Shown one piece after another: positions 62,003 through 64,000 of a stretch of DNA of 64,000 nt. The position numbers and the translations under genes are program-made. The stretch is taken from contig JBITNC010000001.1 of assembly GCA_050084985.1 (NCBI GenBank), positions 57,536,001-57,600,000 on the forward strand, written 5' to 3'. The first letter of the stretch is position 1; each line of letters starts with the position of its first letter. The notes under the pieces were generated by a model. The model made no database searches, was not told the DNA's origin, and was given only the letters and a program-made list of their open reading frames with translations. This stretch comes from Nageia nagi (taxonomy: Eukaryota > Plantae > Pinophyta).

Positions 62003-64000
62003 TAAGTTGAGGGGCTAACGGATTACATATATAAAAAAATGCGGTAAATTTCTACATGATGATCAATCTGAAGGGCTTTCTTCTACAGAATATTCTGAGG
62101 TAGCAACATGTGCACCAAACAGTCTGTCTCAGATTCCAAGTCCCGTATTTGCTGCACCGGATTCATTGCTTTTTACTCCATTCAACCACTCAGACATAAG
62201 AAAAAGCTAATTTGATTGTCTGTAATAGTCCCCTATTAGCATTCTTATAGATTTGTAACTCGTTAGTTTTTGTGTCATGTAAAGCTATCACAAGTTTGTA
62301 ACATTGATAACTGTTCACTACTACATCATGGGTGGATTTTCTCAGTGCAAGAAAGCTTGACTTTGAATAACTTTGTATGTCATAATGACACTGCAATGGA
62401 CAACAATTGTTCACTTTCCTCTCCAATGCATTTGGGAAACAGTGGTGGGCTTAGGAACTCCGTCGGTATAAAATAGTAAACCTCCAAGACGCATTTTTTG
62501 TATAACCTTGACTTACAATGTGTCTACTAGGGTTCTTAAAATTGGTGAAGAATGTTGACCTAAGCTTGAACCTGGTTCCCATAACTCTTTGTATCAGGGC
62601 TGTCCTTGAAGACTGATTGCTTTGGGGGGTGAAAGTTTTGTTTTTTCAAGAGCCTATTTTTGTTGGTTTTTTTTCTTGAAAACCCACAATGCTAAGACCA
62701 CAAATGAAGGTGCTAAGGGTAAGCTCAGAAACCACACTCTTTGCAAGAGAGTTGAAAACATTTTGGACTGATCTCAATCAAGAAGTCAGGTATGATATAA
62801 AAGTTTCTTGGACTGTTCGCAAGTTGCTGACTAGCACACCTTGCATCTAGAGGCAAATGAAGGTTTTTCTACAACAGTCACAAAAGAATGAAATTTTAGC
62901 CACATCAATAACTGAAACACCCCAAGACACTGATAAACAATGTCAGAAATGATGGACACCAAAGTGTAGCCAAGAAACATGTTCTTCATTGCAGTATACA
63001 AACTGTTTTACATATAATACAGTAGTGTTACAGTCCATTCTTGAGTAATATCTCACACCTACAACTAAAAACAGTTCTAATATGGTTATATGTTTTTGGA
63101 CTTTATGGATGATGCTTGATGCTTTTCTATAAGCCTCTGAGCAAGATATCATAGAAAATGTTTTAATGCAAGATTAGGACTAGGGGTCAACTATCATAAG
63201 CATCGCAGTGAAAAGAAATGCAGTAAAGGATTTCAAGGAAAGTGACAAGATTTGAGAACCTGGAATAACTTGTAAGAATGCCAAAAATACTTTGCAAGAA
63301 GAGATCACGAGGAAACCTAAAGTTCAATGATTTTGCAAAGTGGAGAGAAAGTGACACATAATATGGATAGAAGTATGTTTAATATCAAAATAATAACATT
63401 GAACTATCATAATATTTTGAAGACTCAAAGAAATGTACAAAATTTGAGGATAATACTTTCCAAAAAGGGAGGGAAGGTAATGACTTCTTATTTGGTCTAC
63501 ATTGGTTACACCTTCTATGGAGTGATGCCATTATTATGAATAATATCATATGAATAGCATTACAATCATAATCATTATTGAGAAATCATATTTAGAGATT
63601 CTACCCTTTTGAAGTGGCTTTCAAAATTCTACTCTTTCAAGTTGGCTATAATCTTTGGACTTTTATTGATTGATATATTGGATTTGGTTATTGTAAGCAA
63701 TTCTTCAATTCACATTAAATGGTAATAATATTTTTCTATTTATCTTCTATTTTGTTATTTTGGTATGATTGAGATACAATTATGTTAATTTACTACTGAG
63801 TTAGTTATAGGTTTTAAAATGTTTTTGAGTAAATTATATTGCATTATCATAATCATGGAGATGTTTTGTATTTCATGTGAAATGCGATTGTGAAGAGAGA
63901 GTTGAAATAAATAGCATAAGAGTGTTGAACTAAACATCTTCCCAATTTGTGTGGATATAAAGTTAGGACATTGAAGGTGTAGCATATATTATGAAAAATT

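Noticed and set aside
62003-64000. Short ORFs downstream of PHT4
   Set aside because: No recognisable motifs or splice-consistent structure; treated as 3' UTR and intergenic sequence.

Overview
AT-rich plant nuclear DNA, most consistent with a gymnosperm (inferred from the nested LTR landscape and a 17-kb intron). 1-14 kb: a degenerate CRM-like Ty3/gypsy element (minus strand) split by a structurally complete Ty1/copia element (2091-11411; 490-bp LTRs, TSD ATTAT). The copia's 3.3-kb leader holds three host-gene pieces back to back: a PLS-class PPR motif, an antisense intron-containing GASA/Snakin gene and a UapA-type purine permease fragment. Its 3' region holds a 10 x 50-bp hairpin array enclosed by a long inverted repeat. 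14-24 kb: nested, decayed LTR-retrotransposon fragments including a Tat/Ogre-like gypsy. 26.6-38.6 kb: an EF1-alpha fragment, then a decayed Helitron with Helitron2/HLE2-type Rep motifs, an RPA70-like gene and a histone H2B 5' fragment. 41.9-62.0 kb: an 8-exon PHT4 (SLC17/ANTR) anion transporter gene with a 1-nt frameshift in exon 3 and D-to-N in the TM1 motif. Its intron 1 contains a non-autonomous LTR element (TSD GATCA), a 5.4-kb ORF-bearing putative solo LTR nested in it, and an ORF1-only LINE with poly(A) and a 17-bp TSD. All protein calls come from manual translation and remembered family motifs; no database search was run.
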